A DNA stretch of 44,121 nucleotides, taken from the sequence record SRR31156797_635. One strand, given 5' to 3'. Below are positions 1 to 10,289 of the stretch, piece after piece. Numbering within the stretch: position 1 is the stretch's first letter; each line of letters begins with the position of its first letter. The position numbers and the translations under genes are program-made. A model generated the notes under the pieces. That model had not been told where the DNA came from, ran no database searches, and saw nothing but the letters and a program-made list of their open reading frames with translations.

Positions 1-1
1 C

Positions 2-277
2 GATATCTTGTTTGTTGCCATTAGTTCTCCTACTAAGGAAATTTTTCTGAACACCTATAAAGAGCAATTGAAAGTTCCTTTTATAATGGGAGTGGGAGGT
101 TCTTTTGATGTGGTAGCGGGAAAGGTAAAACGGGCGCCAAAATGGATGCAGAAATCTGGATTGGAATGGTTCTATCGATTCATGCAGGAACCCGGACGAA
201 TGTGGAAACGATATTTAATAACCAACTCTAAATTCATCTATTATATACTAAGAGAAAAACTAAAAAACATATTCTAA
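2..277 (+). CDS. WecB/TagA/CpsF family glycosyltransferase, C-terminal fragment (gene starts upstream of the window)
   Basis: Frame is open from base 2. Motifs GVGGSFDV, RAPKWMQKSGLEWFYR and EPGRMWKRYL are typical of WecG/TagA/CpsF. Confidence 0.92.
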   Translation, partial: DILFVAISSPTKEIFLNTYKEQLKVPFIMGVGGSFDVVAGKVKRAPKWMQKSGLEWFYRFMQEPGRMWKRYLITNSKFIYYILREKLKNIF

Positions 278-329
278 CCAAGTATGTGATTATTATAATA
301 CAATACTTTAAAACCTTAATAAACCAACC

Positions 330-1733
330 ATGATTAAAGGACGAGAAAAAACGCTAGCTAGGATAAGTACGCTTTCGCAAGTGGCATTATCCGTGAGCTG
401 TTATTGGTTCGTTGCCTGGGCGGTAACAACTTATTTACGACCTGTTCAAATTGCAACTCATGATAGCAATACTATTTATTTGCTGATCATTGCCATTTGG
501 TATACTCTGATTAAAGAATTCAATCTTGGGAAAATACTAAGGGTTAAAACTTACTCAGAATTGTTTGCTGAATATTTTGCCATGGTTTTTATCAGTTCGG
601 GATTACTCTATTTAGGTAGTTTATTCCTTACCGATACAGTTCATGTTTTGATATTGGGTCTGTTTGCCTGCTTAAATATGTTGGTGCTTTTCGGATTTAG
701 GATGCTGAGTTACACCATCTTTAAAAAGATTAGAGGAAAAGGATACAACACAAGAAATGTATTGATTATTGCCGATGACGAATCTTATCTTCATTTTATT
801 GATAGAATGCTTTTTATTCGCGATTGGGGATACAATGTATGGGCAATAATGTCCGATGGAAAACACATAAAAGACAAGTACGAATCGAATGTGAGAGTCA
901 TACATGAACATTTTCAACTCACCGAAATTATTGATGCCAATGTTGTTGATGAAGTGATTTATTGCAAAGGTAATTTTGATAATGATGAGGTGAGAGCTCT
1001 GATATATGCTTGTTCTGAAGTTGGAGTTACTTTTCGTGTGTACTCCGAATTGTTAAGTGTAGTTAGTATGCGATCGCATCTTACCTATTTTAAGGAATTA
1101 CCATTTCTCACTTTCGCAAATACCACTAAAAACTACTTTGCATTGAAAGTTAAGGAAATACTTGACTTTGTATTTTCCTTTTTCATTGTACTACTAATAT
1201 CACCTGTGATGTTAGCCATTGCCGTTGCTATTAAAATAGAGGATGGAGGTTCAATTTTCTTTAGACAAAAAAGAGTTGGTCTTAACGGACGATTGTTTTC
1301 ATGTTTAAAATTCAGGACAATGGTTGAAAATGCAGAAGCATTGCGTGTTCGTCTCGAGAATCAGAATGAGCAGGAAGGACCTGTTTTTAAAATTAAGAAC
1401 GATCCAAGAGTAACAAGAGTTGGTCGATTTCTTAGAAAGACATCTTTAGATGAATTGCCACAATTTTTCAATGTTTTAAGAGGTGAGATGTCAATTGTAG
1501 GACCTCGTCCACCAATTCCTTCTGAAGTACAACAATATCAACGTTGGCAACGCCGACGATTGAGCATGAAGCCAGGAATAACTTGCATTTGGCAAGTATC
1601 AGGTCGTAACAACATTCCTTTCGAGGAGTGGATGAAGTTAGACATGATGTACATTGATACCTGGTCGCTAAAGCTTGATTTAATGCTTTTTTTAAGCACT
1701 ATAAAGGTTGTGTTAACCGGTGATGGACAATAA
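330..1733 (+). CDS. Initiating polyprenyl-phosphate sugar phosphotransferase (WcaJ/CpsE-like, Bac_transf domain)
   Basis: N-terminal hydrophobic helices followed by FFRQKRVG, KFRTM, DPRVTRVGRFLRKTSLDELPQ, GEMSIVGPRP and KPGITCIWQVSGR. Confidence 0.93.
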   Translation: MIKGREKTLARISTLSQVALSVSCYWFVAWAVTTYLRPVQIATHDSNTIYLLIIAIWYTLIKEFNLGKILRVKTYSELFAEYFAMVFISSGLLYLGSLFLTDTVHVLILGLFACLNMLVLFGFRMLSYTIFKKIRGKGYNTRNVLIIADDESYLHFIDRMLFIRDWGYNVWAIMSDGKHIKDKYESNVRVIHEHFQLTEIIDANVVDEVIYCKGNFDNDEVRALIYACSEVGVTFRVYSELLSVVSMRSHLTYFKELPFLTFANTTKNYFALKVKEILDFVFSFFIVLLISPVMLAIAVAIKIEDGGSIFFRQKRVGLNGRLFSCLKFRTMVENAEALRVRLENQNEQEGPVFKIKNDPRVTRVGRFLRKTSLDELPQFFNVLRGEMSIVGPRPPIPSEVQQYQRWQRRRLSMKPGITCIWQVSGRNNIPFEEWMKLDMMYIDTWSLKLDLMLFLSTIKVVLTGDGQ

Positions 1734-1892
1734 TTTAAATCCAAAAGAGAGAGTTGATAGTGAATAAGAACTCCTGTTTGTTTATTCATTAATTCTCTCC
1801 AAACCTGATTGTAAATTGTTATAATTTACAAGTATGAGTAGGTATTTCCTATCTCGTAATTTTAATTCGTAATTCATAAAAAAACCAAGACC

Positions 1893-2684
1893 ATGAATAA
1901 AAAGTATTTACTTCTAATGAGCCTTCTTATAGTAATGAGTCTCATTTCCTGTCGTTCGAATAAAGATTTAGTTTACTTGCAAGATGCAGAAGCTGAAGTC
2001 TTAACTCCCGAATTTGTAACCAAAGTTCCGGAATATAAAATCAAGACCAACGACAATTTATTTGTCAGTATCAAATCCATGAATCCTGAAATAAACCAAT
2101 TGTACAATCCTGCACAAAGTACAGGTGGACAACAAGGATCTCAACAGTTGTATAGTCAGTTGCCAGATCAATATCTAAATGGATATTTAGTAGATTCCAA
2201 TGGTAATATTTCACTTCCTATTATTGGAAATGTTGGAGTGGCAGGATTATCACAAATTGAGGCTCAAGCAAAGGTTCAGGAACATGCTGATGAATATTTG
2301 AAAGACGCTAGTGTGAAAGTAAAACTCTTGAATTTTAGAGTTAGCGTTATGGGTGAAGTAACAACGCCAGGTGTTTATTACAATTACAATAGTAGTCTGT
2401 CAATTCTAGAAGCACTTAGTATGGCAAATGGAATTACTGATCATGCCAAAATAAATAGAGTTTTGGTAATGCGAACGAACGATAAAGAGAGCAAAACTTA
2501 TCGTATAGATCTATCTTCAAAGAATTTTCTTAAATCGGAAGCCTTCTTTTTGCAACCAAATGATGTTGTTTATGTGGAGCCTCATAAAATTAAAAGTACT
2601 GATATGAATTCCAATATTTATAGCATTCTTCTATCTACGGTATCTACAGCTGTGTTAATTACAAGTTTGATTATTTCTAACTAA
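1893..2684 (+). CDS. wza: Polysaccharide export outer-membrane lipoprotein (Wza/Poly_export family)
   Basis: Lipobox LISC; YLVDSNGNISLPIIG; VSVMGEVTTPG; LQPNDVVYVEP; lies directly before a Wzc homologue. Confidence 0.9.
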   Translation: MNKKYLLLMSLLIVMSLISCRSNKDLVYLQDAEAEVLTPEFVTKVPEYKIKTNDNLFVSIKSMNPEINQLYNPAQSTGGQQGSQQLYSQLPDQYLNGYLVDSNGNISLPIIGNVGVAGLSQIEAQAKVQEHADEYLKDASVKVKLLNFRVSVMGEVTTPGVYYNYNSSLSILEALSMANGITDHAKINRVLVMRTNDKESKTYRIDLSSKNFLKSEAFFLQPNDVVYVEPHKIKSTDMNSNIYSILLSTVSTAVLITSLIISN

Positions 2685-2686
2685 GA

Positions 2687-5074
2687 TTGAATAACATGCA
2701 ATATGTTGATGAGGTAATGGACTATTTTGATAAAAAGGAAGGTCCTGACGTAAAAGATTTCCTCTATCGGATTCTTTCGAAGTGGAAATTATTCATGATT
2801 TGTGGTGTGCTGGGTATATGTATAGGCTATTTGGTAAGTAAATACTCTACAGCTGTTTATATGATGCGTAGTTCTTTGCTTATTCATGTTGATCCTGATG
2901 ATACCAATGCAAAGCAAATGTTCGAAGGGTATCAACTACGCGAAAAAGCCAATATCCAGAATCATGTGGAAATACTAAAATCTTATACTCTAAACCGAAA
3001 AGCAATGGAAAACCTGGGCTGGAGTCAGTCCTGGTATAAAAAGACCATGTTTTCGGATAAAGGAATGTATAGAAAGGAACCATTTGAAATTGAAAAACTC
3101 GAAGGCACAAATCTATTGGACATTCCTATTTCGATTTCTCAAATAGATAAACATTCATTTAAAATTAAAGTGGATGGAAAAGCCGAGTTTGAAGGTGAGG
3201 AGATTGATGTGAAATTCGAGAAAGAAATCTATGGCAATCAAACATTTAAAAATAAATACTTTCATTTTACAATAAAGCCAAAACAAACAAGGGTAGATAA
3301 AAATCCAGATTATTATTTTGTGTTTAATGATTTGGACAAGTTAACCTTGAAATACATGGAAAGTATGATTATTAGTGTTGCTGAGAAAAAAGCAGAATTA
3401 ATTCATTTGCGAATTGATGATAGCGAACCAGCAAGAGGTGTTGATTATTTGAATGAGTTGAATTGGGTTTATTTGCAGTTCGGATTGATTGAAAAAAATA
3501 AAAAATCGGAAAATACAGTTCGATTTATTGATTCACAATTGGAAGGAATTGTAGATTCTTTGCAACTGGCAGGACAAAGTTTTACCAATTTCCGATCCCG
3601 TAATCGAATTGTTGATTTGGGGCAGGAAGCTGGTGTTGTGGTAGCCAAAATGGAGGAGATAGAAAGTGAATTGTCTAAGGCACAAATCTCTCTGGAGTAT
3701 TATAAGAATCTGTTGAGAAATTTGGATGATGCAAATCAAATGAAGCAGGTGGTTTCTCCATCTGTTGCAGGAATTACAGATCCTTCGCTAGATGCCTTGG
3801 TTTCCAAGTTGACCGATTTATATGGGAAACGAGAAGTGTTATCGTATAGTGTACAAGCAAAAAATCCAAGCTTGGTAATTCTTAATAAAGAGATTGATTT
3901 AATTCGACAGAGTCTAGATGAGAATTTAAAATCGATGGTGGCAAATTCGCAGATTGAGGTAAAAAGTTTAAGTGGTAGAATGGAAAAGGTACAAGCTCAG
4001 CTTTCTAGAATGCCGAAGAACGAGCAGAAGTTGAATAATATGAAACGCAACTTCGATTTAAACAATGAACTGTATACCTTTCTTTTGAAAAAGAGAGCTG
4101 AAGCAGCAATTGCTAAGGCATCAAATGTTTCCGATTCTCAGATTATTGATCCAGCTCGACTGGCAACTATAATAAAAATTAAACCTAAACTTGCCATTAA
4201 TTTACTTATTGGCATGATTTTAGGATTGGGCTTTCCTTTTTTACTTATCATTTTAAGAGAATTTTTTAATGATAATATTCAAAGTAAAGAGGAGTTGGTT
4301 AAAAAAACTCAATTGCCAATTTTAGGAACAATTGCACACAATCGATATGCTAATAATCTTCCTGTATTTCATCAGCCTCGTTCAGCAATTTCTGAATCGT
4401 TTCGAACTTTACGAACCAATTTGAACTATGTATTGCCAGATCATCCAACCAAAATTATTGGTATCCATTCAACGGTTCCAGCAGAAGGCAAATCATTTGC
4501 TTCGGTGAACTTAGCAAGTATAGTTGCAATGAATAACAAAAAAGTTCTCCTGATTGGCGCCGACATGCGCAAGCCAAAAATTGAGGGGATGTTCGATTTA
4601 GAGAATAAAGTTGGATTAAGTACCTATCTGATTCGTTACAACAAATGGCAAGAAGTGGTTCAGAATACACACATCAAAAATTTGTACTGTGTTACTTCTG
4701 GTCCGGTTCCACCAAATCCTGCAGAATTATTAGAGAACGGTCGTTTGGAAATGTTTTTGAATGCCATTAAAGGTAAATTCGACTATGTATTTATTGATAA
4801 TGCACCGGTTTCGGTTGTAACAGATGGATTTATCACAGGAAAACTAGCCGATGCAAACCTGTTTGTGCTTCGCCAGGGATTTAGCCATAAGGAACAAATT
4901 AATTTTGTGAATCAAATTTCCGAAAGAGGAACATTGGAGAATGTTTCCTTGGTTTTAAACGATGTCACTACAAATGGAATATATGGGACTTATAGCAATG
5001 GTGAAGGCTATTATTTTGAAGAACCTTCGCCTGGAATTGTCCGGCGTTTATGGGAAAAAGTAAGTAATAATTAA
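2687..5074 (+). CDS. wzc: Polysaccharide co-polymerase / BY-kinase (Wzc family). Start is TTG 2687 or ATG 2696.
   Basis: Two TM helices flank a coiled-coil periplasmic region. ESFRTLRTNL, Walker A STVPAEGKS, ADMRKP, PPNPAELL, and C-terminal tyrosines (IYGTYSNGEGYY). Confidence 0.92.
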   Translation: MNNMQYVDEVMDYFDKKEGPDVKDFLYRILSKWKLFMICGVLGICIGYLVSKYSTAVYMMRSSLLIHVDPDDTNAKQMFEGYQLREKANIQNHVEILKSYTLNRKAMENLGWSQSWYKKTMFSDKGMYRKEPFEIEKLEGTNLLDIPISISQIDKHSFKIKVDGKAEFEGEEIDVKFEKEIYGNQTFKNKYFHFTIKPKQTRVDKNPDYYFVFNDLDKLTLKYMESMIISVAEKKAELIHLRIDDSEPARGVDYLNELNWVYLQFGLIEKNKKSENTVRFIDSQLEGIVDSLQLAGQSFTNFRSRNRIVDLGQEAGVVVAKMEEIESELSKAQISLEYYKNLLRNLDDANQMKQVVSPSVAGITDPSLDALVSKLTDLYGKREVLSYSVQAKNPSLVILNKEIDLIRQSLDENLKSMVANSQIEVKSLSGRMEKVQAQLSRMPKNEQKLNNMKRNFDLNNELYTFLLKKRAEAAIAKASNVSDSQIIDPARLATIIKIKPKLAINLLIGMILGLGFPFLLIILREFFNDNIQSKEELVKKTQLPILGTIAHNRYANNLPVFHQPRSAISESFRTLRTNLNYVLPDHPTKIIGIHSTVPAEGKSFASVNLASIVAMNNKKVLLIGADMRKPKIEGMFDLENKVGLSTYLIRYNKWQEVVQNTHIKNLYCVTSGPVPPNPAELLENGRLEMFLNAIKGKFDYVFIDNAPVSVVTDGFITGKLADANLFVLRQGFSHKEQINFVNQISERGTLENVSLVLNDVTTNGIYGTYSNGEGYYFEEPSPGIVRRLWEKVSNN

Positions 5075-5083
5075 TCAAGATAT

Positions 5084-5113
5084 AAAGGTTCGATGAAAAT
5101 CGAGCCTTTTTTT
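5084..5113 (+). terminator. Intrinsic terminator ending the polysaccharide operon
   Basis: AAAGGTTCGAT-GAAA-ATCGAGCCTTT stem-loop running into a T tract, about 10 nt after the wzc stop. Confidence 0.8.
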
Positions 5114-5185
5114 ATTCCTATAGATTGAGATAGATTGAAATATTTGCATAATTTTAGAAGAGTATTGTTCCCAAAACTTTCGTTT

Positions 5186-5599
5186 ATGATTATTGCAGTT
5201 GATTTTGATGGTACTATTGTAGAACATAAATATCCGCAAATTGGTAATGAAATTCCATTTGCAATTGAGAGTTTACTTGCCTTACAAAAAGAAGGTCATC
5301 AGCTTATTTTATGGACTTATCGCACAGGAGAATTATTGCAGGAAGCCGTGAATTATTGTAATAACAATGGTCTTGTATTCTACGCAGTCAATCGCAATTA
5401 TCCCGAAGAGGAGTTTGAAGAAGAAACGGTAAGTCGAAAAATCTATGCGGACTTATATATCGATGACAGAAATATTGGAGGATTACCTGATTGGGGACAT
5501 ATTTACAATTTAATTTCTAGCTCTGAACTTGAACAAGAGAAAGAAACAAAGCCCAAAAATCCGCTAATACGTTTTTTAGATCAGATTTTTGGGGATTAA
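5186..5599 (+). CDS. Small HAD-superfamily hydrolase/phosphatase (BT0820-like)
   Basis: ATG 5186 gives MIIAVDFDGTIV (HAD motif I, DxDGT), LWTYR (motif II) and RKIYADLYIDDRN (motifs III/IV). The upstream TTG at 5135 is unlikely to be the start. Confidence 0.88.
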   Translation: MIIAVDFDGTIVEHKYPQIGNEIPFAIESLLALQKEGHQLILWTYRTGELLQEAVNYCNNNGLVFYAVNRNYPEEEFEEETVSRKIYADLYIDDRNIGGLPDWGHIYNLISSSELEQEKETKPKNPLIRFLDQIFGD

Positions 5600-5602
5600 T
5601 TC

Positions 5603-6916
5603 CTAAAAGGACAATTCAATTTTGACTTTCTTTTTCTTTACTTTCTCGTGCTTTAATTTGCCAATGAGTTTACGTCCTAAGCCTCTTTTTACAGCAACAT
5701 AAGAGGTGTGATCGAGTACATCTATCTTACCCAATTCATCTTTCTTTAATTTGCCCATCTTAAAGAAAAAGCCAACCAAATCCACCTTATTTACTTTCTC
5801 TTTTTTGCCAACACCTACATATAAAGTTTCCCACTCTGGCGATTTTGGAGGATTACTATCTTCTGTTAAGGTTAGAGCTTCCATATCAGTTGGGATAAAT
5901 TCAGGCACTCTTTCATCTTCTTTAAGAACAATAAATGAATTGCCATCAGCATGCATACGAGCTGTTCTTCCATTGCGATGAACAAAAGCCTCTTCAACTC
6001 TTGGCAATTGATAGTGAATTACATTTTTAATTTCTGGAATATCGAGACCGCGTGAGGCAAGATCGGTTGTAATCAGTAAATGATTACTACCATTTCTAAA
6101 TTTTATAAGAGCTCTTTCTCTATCTGATTGTTCCAATCCGCCGTGAAAAATATCACAGCTGATTCCTTCATCCAATAGCAATTCTGCAATTCGCTCAACT
6201 GCATCACGATGATTGCAAAATACCAAACTAGGCTGATCTCCAACTTTACAGATTAGTTGAAAAAGAGCATTTAATTTGTCCTTATCATTGGCAATTACCT
6301 TCATTTGAGTTAAAGCAATTTGCTTTTCCTCTGGCAGAAAGTTTATTTCCTGATGAGATATGATTTGAGCGAACTCAGGTATTTCAATTCCTTGTGTTGC
6401 CGATGTTAGAACCTTTCTTAGGCGATTCGGTAATGCTTGAATAACTTCAGACATTTCTTTCTGAAATCCCAATTCCAAAGCTTTGTCAAACTCATCTAAA
6501 ATTAAAAGCTTAATTTTTGAACAATCTATATTTTCGCGGCGAATATGATCGGCAATTCTACCCGGAGTTCCGATTAAAACAGTTGGTGGCGTTTTTAAAT
6601 TGTTTTGTTCTATTCGCATTGAATGTCCGCCATAGCAACAGTTTACTTTCATGCCTGTTCCCATCGATTTAAAAACAGATTCTATCTGAAGAGATAATTC
6701 TCTGGCAGGAGTTAGTATCAAAGCTTGAACACCATATTCATTAGGTTTTAAGTCTTGCAGCATTGGCAACAAAAAAGCCAGCGTTTTACCAGAACCAGTA
6801 GGAGATAAAAGGACTAAATCCTTATTCGTCTTCCAGGATTTGGAAAAGGCATTTTGCATTTCGTTTAATTCCTGGATACCCAGTTTTTTCAGTATTTCCT
6901 CATTTTTAAATCGCAT
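5603..6916 (-). CDS. DEAD-box RNA helicase with DbpA-type C-terminal RNA-binding domain
   Basis: SPTGSGKT, TPGRI, DEFD, SAT, RGLDI and HRNGRTAR, plus a C-terminal GKKEKVNKVDLVG...GKIDV domain. ATG 6916 is preferred because a promoter box lies just upstream. Confidence 0.92.
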   Translation of the reverse strand: MRFKNEEILKKLGIQELNEMQNAFSKSWKTNKDLVLLSPTGSGKTLAFLLPMLQDLKPNEYGVQALILTPARELSLQIESVFKSMGTGMKVNCCYGGHSMRIEQNNLKTPPTVLIGTPGRIADHIRRENIDCSKIKLLILDEFDKALELGFQKEMSEVIQALPNRLRKVLTSATQGIEIPEFAQIISHQEINFLPEEKQIALTQMKVIANDKDKLNALFQLICKVGDQPSLVFCNHRDAVERIAELLLDEGISCDIFHGGLEQSDRERALIKFRNGSNHLLITTDLASRGLDIPEIKNVIHYQLPRVEEAFVHRNGRTARMHADGNSFIVLKEDERVPEFIPTDMEALTLTEDSNPPKSPEWETLYVGVGKKEKVNKVDLVGFFFKMGKLKKDELGKIDVLDHTSYVAVKRGLGRKLIGKLKHEKVKKKKVKIELSF

Positions 6917-6920
6917 GGCG

Positions 6921-6949
6921 CAAAGGTAATAACAATTATCACTTACCAA
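6921..6949 (-). promoter_or_regulatory. Bacteroidota primary-sigma promoter of the helicase gene
   Basis: Minus strand reads TTG (6949-6947), 18 nt, then TACCTTTG (6928-6921), matching the TAnnTTTG -7 consensus. Confidence 0.65.
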
Positions 6950-7047
6950 TTATCTGTTTGTCATTCTAACTTTAATTAATAGTTCAAATAATATTTTTAT
7001 AAGATGTAAGTAAAAAGAAAGGATTTTTATTCAAGATCTAAAAGTAT

Positions 7048-7055
7048 TAGGTTTG
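7048..7055 (+). promoter_or_regulatory. Candidate -7 promoter box for the methyltransferase gene
   Basis: TAGGTTTG matches TAnnTTTG, about 30 nt before ATG 7087. The -33 element is weak. Confidence 0.45.
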
Positions 7056-7086
7056 TGATGATAACAGATCATATTCCTATTTTTCA

Positions 7087-8532
7087 ATGGCAAAAAACTC
7101 GAAATTACTGTCCTCTTATTTAAAACAAAAGCAGCTTAATGCGATAAAGGAACTATTGCCTCAAATGTTTGATGGTGATCTGCTCAATCTTAATAAATTG
7201 AAAAATTACATGGATTCATCCATGTATATCAATCAAAGTAATTATGGTTTAAATTGGTTTGATAAACAAAAAGCAATTGACCTGGTTAAAGAAGAATGTG
7301 CGGGAAAATTGATTTTAAATAAGGATAAATCGCTAGCGCCTGAAAGTGGTAATTTACTGATTGAGGGTGATAATTTGTCTGTCTTAAAATTGCTAAAAAA
7401 GGATTACGAAGGAAAAATTAAAGTGGTCTATTTCGATCCTCCATACAATACCGGAAAGCAATTTGCTTTTAATGATAATTTTCAGTTTTCTTCTAATCAA
7501 TATCTGGAATATCTAAACGAAATAAATCCGGGTAGAGTTGATCGATTTATGCAACACAATATTGAGAGTGGCGAAAACCATACACAATGGTTGAATATGA
7601 TGTTGCCACGTCTTATTCTGTCGTATGGTCTTTTAAGTGAGGATGGACTCGTATACCTGTCGATAGATGAATCGGAGAAGCACAATTTGCAAATAATGTG
7701 CAACGAAGTATTTGGAGAAAGTAACTTTATTGGTTCATTTATTTGGGAGAACCGAAGTGTAGCCAATGATTCTCAGAATCTGTTTTCTACTACTCATGAG
7801 TACATTCTGATTTATGCGAAGAATAAGGAACTTGTTCAATTTAAGGGAGAGGAAAAGGATTTATCTTCTTATACCAATCCAGATAATGATCCCAATGGAG
7901 ATTGGACTGCTGATAATCCAACCGCTGCGAGTGGCAATGAAAATTCGAGATTCACAATTAGAAATCCACTAACAGGAGAGGAATATTTTCCACCTAAAGG
8001 CAGGTTCTGGGCTTTTTCGAAGAAAAGAGTAGAGGAATGGTATAATTCTGGTAAAATTGTTTTCCCAAAGGAGATTGGGAAACGATTTTTATTAAAGAAA
8101 TACAAGTGCGAGTTAAAGTATTTAAAAAAACCAATATCATCTGTAATAAAGGATATTTCTACATCCAGAGGAACTAAAGAATTGAAAAGTTTATATCCCG
8201 AAGGTTTGCCTTTTAAGCATCCAAAACCAACCGATTTGTTGGTGAAATTATTTGAGCAAATAAGTGAGGATGGTGATATTATTTTGGATCCTTTTGCTGG
8301 GTCAGCCTCAACGGCCCATGCAGTTTTTAAGCTTAATCATAAAGAAAATACTAGCAGAAAATTCATTTGCATTCAAAATGATGAAGCTCTTGCTTTAAAT
8401 GCAGAAACGATTTCATTAGGATTTACTAATTTAAGTGAAGTAGCACATGATAGAATAGAAAGAGCAGGAAAATTGTTTTCTTCTGAAAATGTCGGGTTTA
8501 ATTATTTGAAATTGACATTTGAACAGGAATAA
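7087..8532 (+). CDS. Site-specific DNA amino-methyltransferase, Type III R-M Mod-like (beta class), with no adjacent Res gene
   Basis: NLLIEGDNL, catalytic DPPY before the SAM-binding LDPFAGSASTAHAV, FKHPKP, and N-terminal YGLNW typical of Mod subunits. Confidence 0.88.
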   Translation: MAKNSKLLSSYLKQKQLNAIKELLPQMFDGDLLNLNKLKNYMDSSMYINQSNYGLNWFDKQKAIDLVKEECAGKLILNKDKSLAPESGNLLIEGDNLSVLKLLKKDYEGKIKVVYFDPPYNTGKQFAFNDNFQFSSNQYLEYLNEINPGRVDRFMQHNIESGENHTQWLNMMLPRLILSYGLLSEDGLVYLSIDESEKHNLQIMCNEVFGESNFIGSFIWENRSVANDSQNLFSTTHEYILIYAKNKELVQFKGEEKDLSSYTNPDNDPNGDWTADNPTAASGNENSRFTIRNPLTGEEYFPPKGRFWAFSKKRVEEWYNSGKIVFPKEIGKRFLLKKYKCELKYLKKPISSVIKDISTSRGTKELKSLYPEGLPFKHPKPTDLLVKLFEQISEDGDIILDPFAGSASTAHAVFKLNHKENTSRKFICIQNDEALALNAETISLGFTNLSEVAHDRIERAGKLFSSENVGFNYLKLTFEQE

Positions 8533-8727
8533 TTACTTCAATCGAATTATTATTGCCATTTATTGTATTGTTTGGAAGTGTTGAATTACTATCATTCAGT
8601 TTTATTTACTTAATAGAGTCTTAAGTTGTTGAATTTATACTCAAGTTTTTTTACTTTGCGTAAGACTTACAACAAGTCTGTAGATTGAATTGAAATACTT
8701 AAACAAACTATTATACACTAGGAAACA

Positions 8728-9759
8728 ATGGCAAAAATGAAAGCTCTAGTAAAATCTAAAGCCGAAAAGGGCATTTGGATGGAAGAGGTTGATATTCCTG
8801 AAATTGGAGTAAACGACGTTCTTGTAAAAATTAGAAAAACTGCTATTTGCGGTACCGACTTACACATTTACAAATGGGATGAATGGTCACAAAATACCAT
8901 TAAACCAGGAATGATTATCGGTCACGAATATGTGGGTGCAGTTGCTCAAGTTGGAGCGGGTGTAACTGGATTTGAAATTGGAGATCGTGTAACTGGTGAA
9001 GGTCATATAGCATGTGGACATTGCCGTAACTGCCGTCGAGGACGGAAACATGTTTGCGAAAACACAGTAGGTATTGGTGTAAATATTGATGGTATTTTTG
9101 CTGAATACGCTGCAATTCCAGCTTCTAACCTAATGAAGATGAGTGACAAGATTGATGACGAATTGTTGGCAATTATGGATCCGTTTGGAAATGCAACTCA
9201 CACAGCACTTTCTTTTCCTTTAATTGGAGAGGATGTTTTGGTAACCGGAGCTGGATTAATTGGTAGCATGTGTGTTGCCATTGCAAAATTTGCTGGAGCT
9301 CGTTATGTTGTAGCTACCGAAACAAATCCTTATCGCATTGAATTGGCAAAGAAAATGGGTGCTGATCGTGTGATCAATCCAATGGAAGAGAGTTTGGATG
9401 ATGCCATCAAAGAATTGGGAATGATTGGTTTTGATATCGGATTGGAGTGTTCAGGAGCTCCTGCTGCTTTTAACGATATGGTTGGTCACATGTACAATTC
9501 AGGAAAAATTTCATTGCTAGGAATTTTACCTTCACAAACCACTGTGAATTGGAATGATATCATTTTTAAAAGCCTTCAGCTAAAGGGTATCTACGGTCGT
9601 GAGATGTACGAAACATGGTACCAGATGGAGCAAATGTTAATGAGTGGATTGGATCTTTCTCATATGATTTCACATCGCTTTAAAGCGGATGATTTCCAAA
9701 AAGGTTTTGATATCATGGAAGAAGGAAATTGCGGAAAAGTAATTTTAGATTGGGAATAA
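8728..9759 (+). CDS. tdh: L-threonine 3-dehydrogenase
   Basis: [33 protein letters not shown], structural-zinc CGHCRNC...[12 protein letters not shown] and [13 protein letters not shown] match Tdh. Confidence 0.95.
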   Translation: MAKMKALVKSKAEKGIWMEEVDIPEIGVNDVLVKIRKTAICGTDLHIYKWDEWSQNTIKPGMIIGHEYVGAVAQVGAGVTGFEIGDRVTGEGHIACGHCRNCRRGRKHVCENTVGIGVNIDGIFAEYAAIPASNLMKMSDKIDDELLAIMDPFGNATHTALSFPLIGEDVLVTGAGLIGSMCVAIAKFAGARYVVATETNPYRIELAKKMGADRVINPMEESLDDAIKELGMIGFDIGLECSGAPAAFNDMVGHMYNSGKISLLGILPSQTTVNWNDIIFKSLQLKGIYGREMYETWYQMEQMLMSGLDLSHMISHRFKADDFQKGFDIMEEGNCGKVILDWE

Positions 9760-9781
9760 TTCCATAACTAGATATAGATTT

Positions 9782-9813
9782 AAAAAGCCCTGAGTTTTAG
9801 CTCAGGGCTTTTT
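9782..9813 (+). terminator. Intrinsic terminator after tdh
   Basis: AAAAA-GCCCTGAG-loop-CTCAGGGC-TTTTT. Confidence 0.88.
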
Positions 9814-10163
9814 GTTTTCATCAATTAATTAATCAATAATAAAATTAGAGGATTGAAATTACATTGAATTAGTGCATCTTAAAATGACGAGAGGCTGTTG
9901 GAAACAATAGCTTTTTTATTTAGTAATACATTCAAAATGATAGCTCAATTATGCAATTAATTCTCATGTTCTCTTCTTAGGTGCTATTTAGAATAGATAT
10001 TATTAAAGAAATAGAATAATTAAACCTTCCTTAAAATGAGAAGTGATATGGTGGATTTTAAGAGGCAGATAGTTAGTGCTATATGATTGATTAAAGCGGG
10101 TGAAGCTTGCATGGATGGAAACTTGTTTCGAACCAATTTTTATCTTTTTGAGCAGATTCAATA

Positions 10164-10225
10164 CAATACAAAATACATACAAAAGGTATGTACTTTGTAT
10201 TGCTATGTACTTTTCATTACATTTG
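10164..10225 (+). promoter_or_regulatory. glpABC promoter overlapped by a 17-bp inverted repeat (candidate operator)
   Basis: TTTG (10194-10197), 20 nt, TACATTTG (10218-10225) is the canonical Bacteroidota promoter. CAATACAAAATACATAC-N5-GTATGTACTTTGTATTG (10164-10202) is an inverted repeat with one mismatch. Confidence 0.72.
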
Positions 10226-10289
10226 TATCGAAAAGTCAGATAGAATTGTAATGATCTGATTGAAAAGTATCGATAAAATTGAATTGATC

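Noticed and set aside
1-5113. Polysaccharide locus as a novel system
   Set aside because: Standard Wzx/Wzy-type tail (glycosyltransferase, initiating transferase, Wza, Wzc) with nothing unusual visible.
7087-7300. Possible phase-variable repeat tract in the mod-like gene
   Set aside because: No tandem simple-sequence repeat or long homopolymer was found in the 5' region, and the frame is intact.
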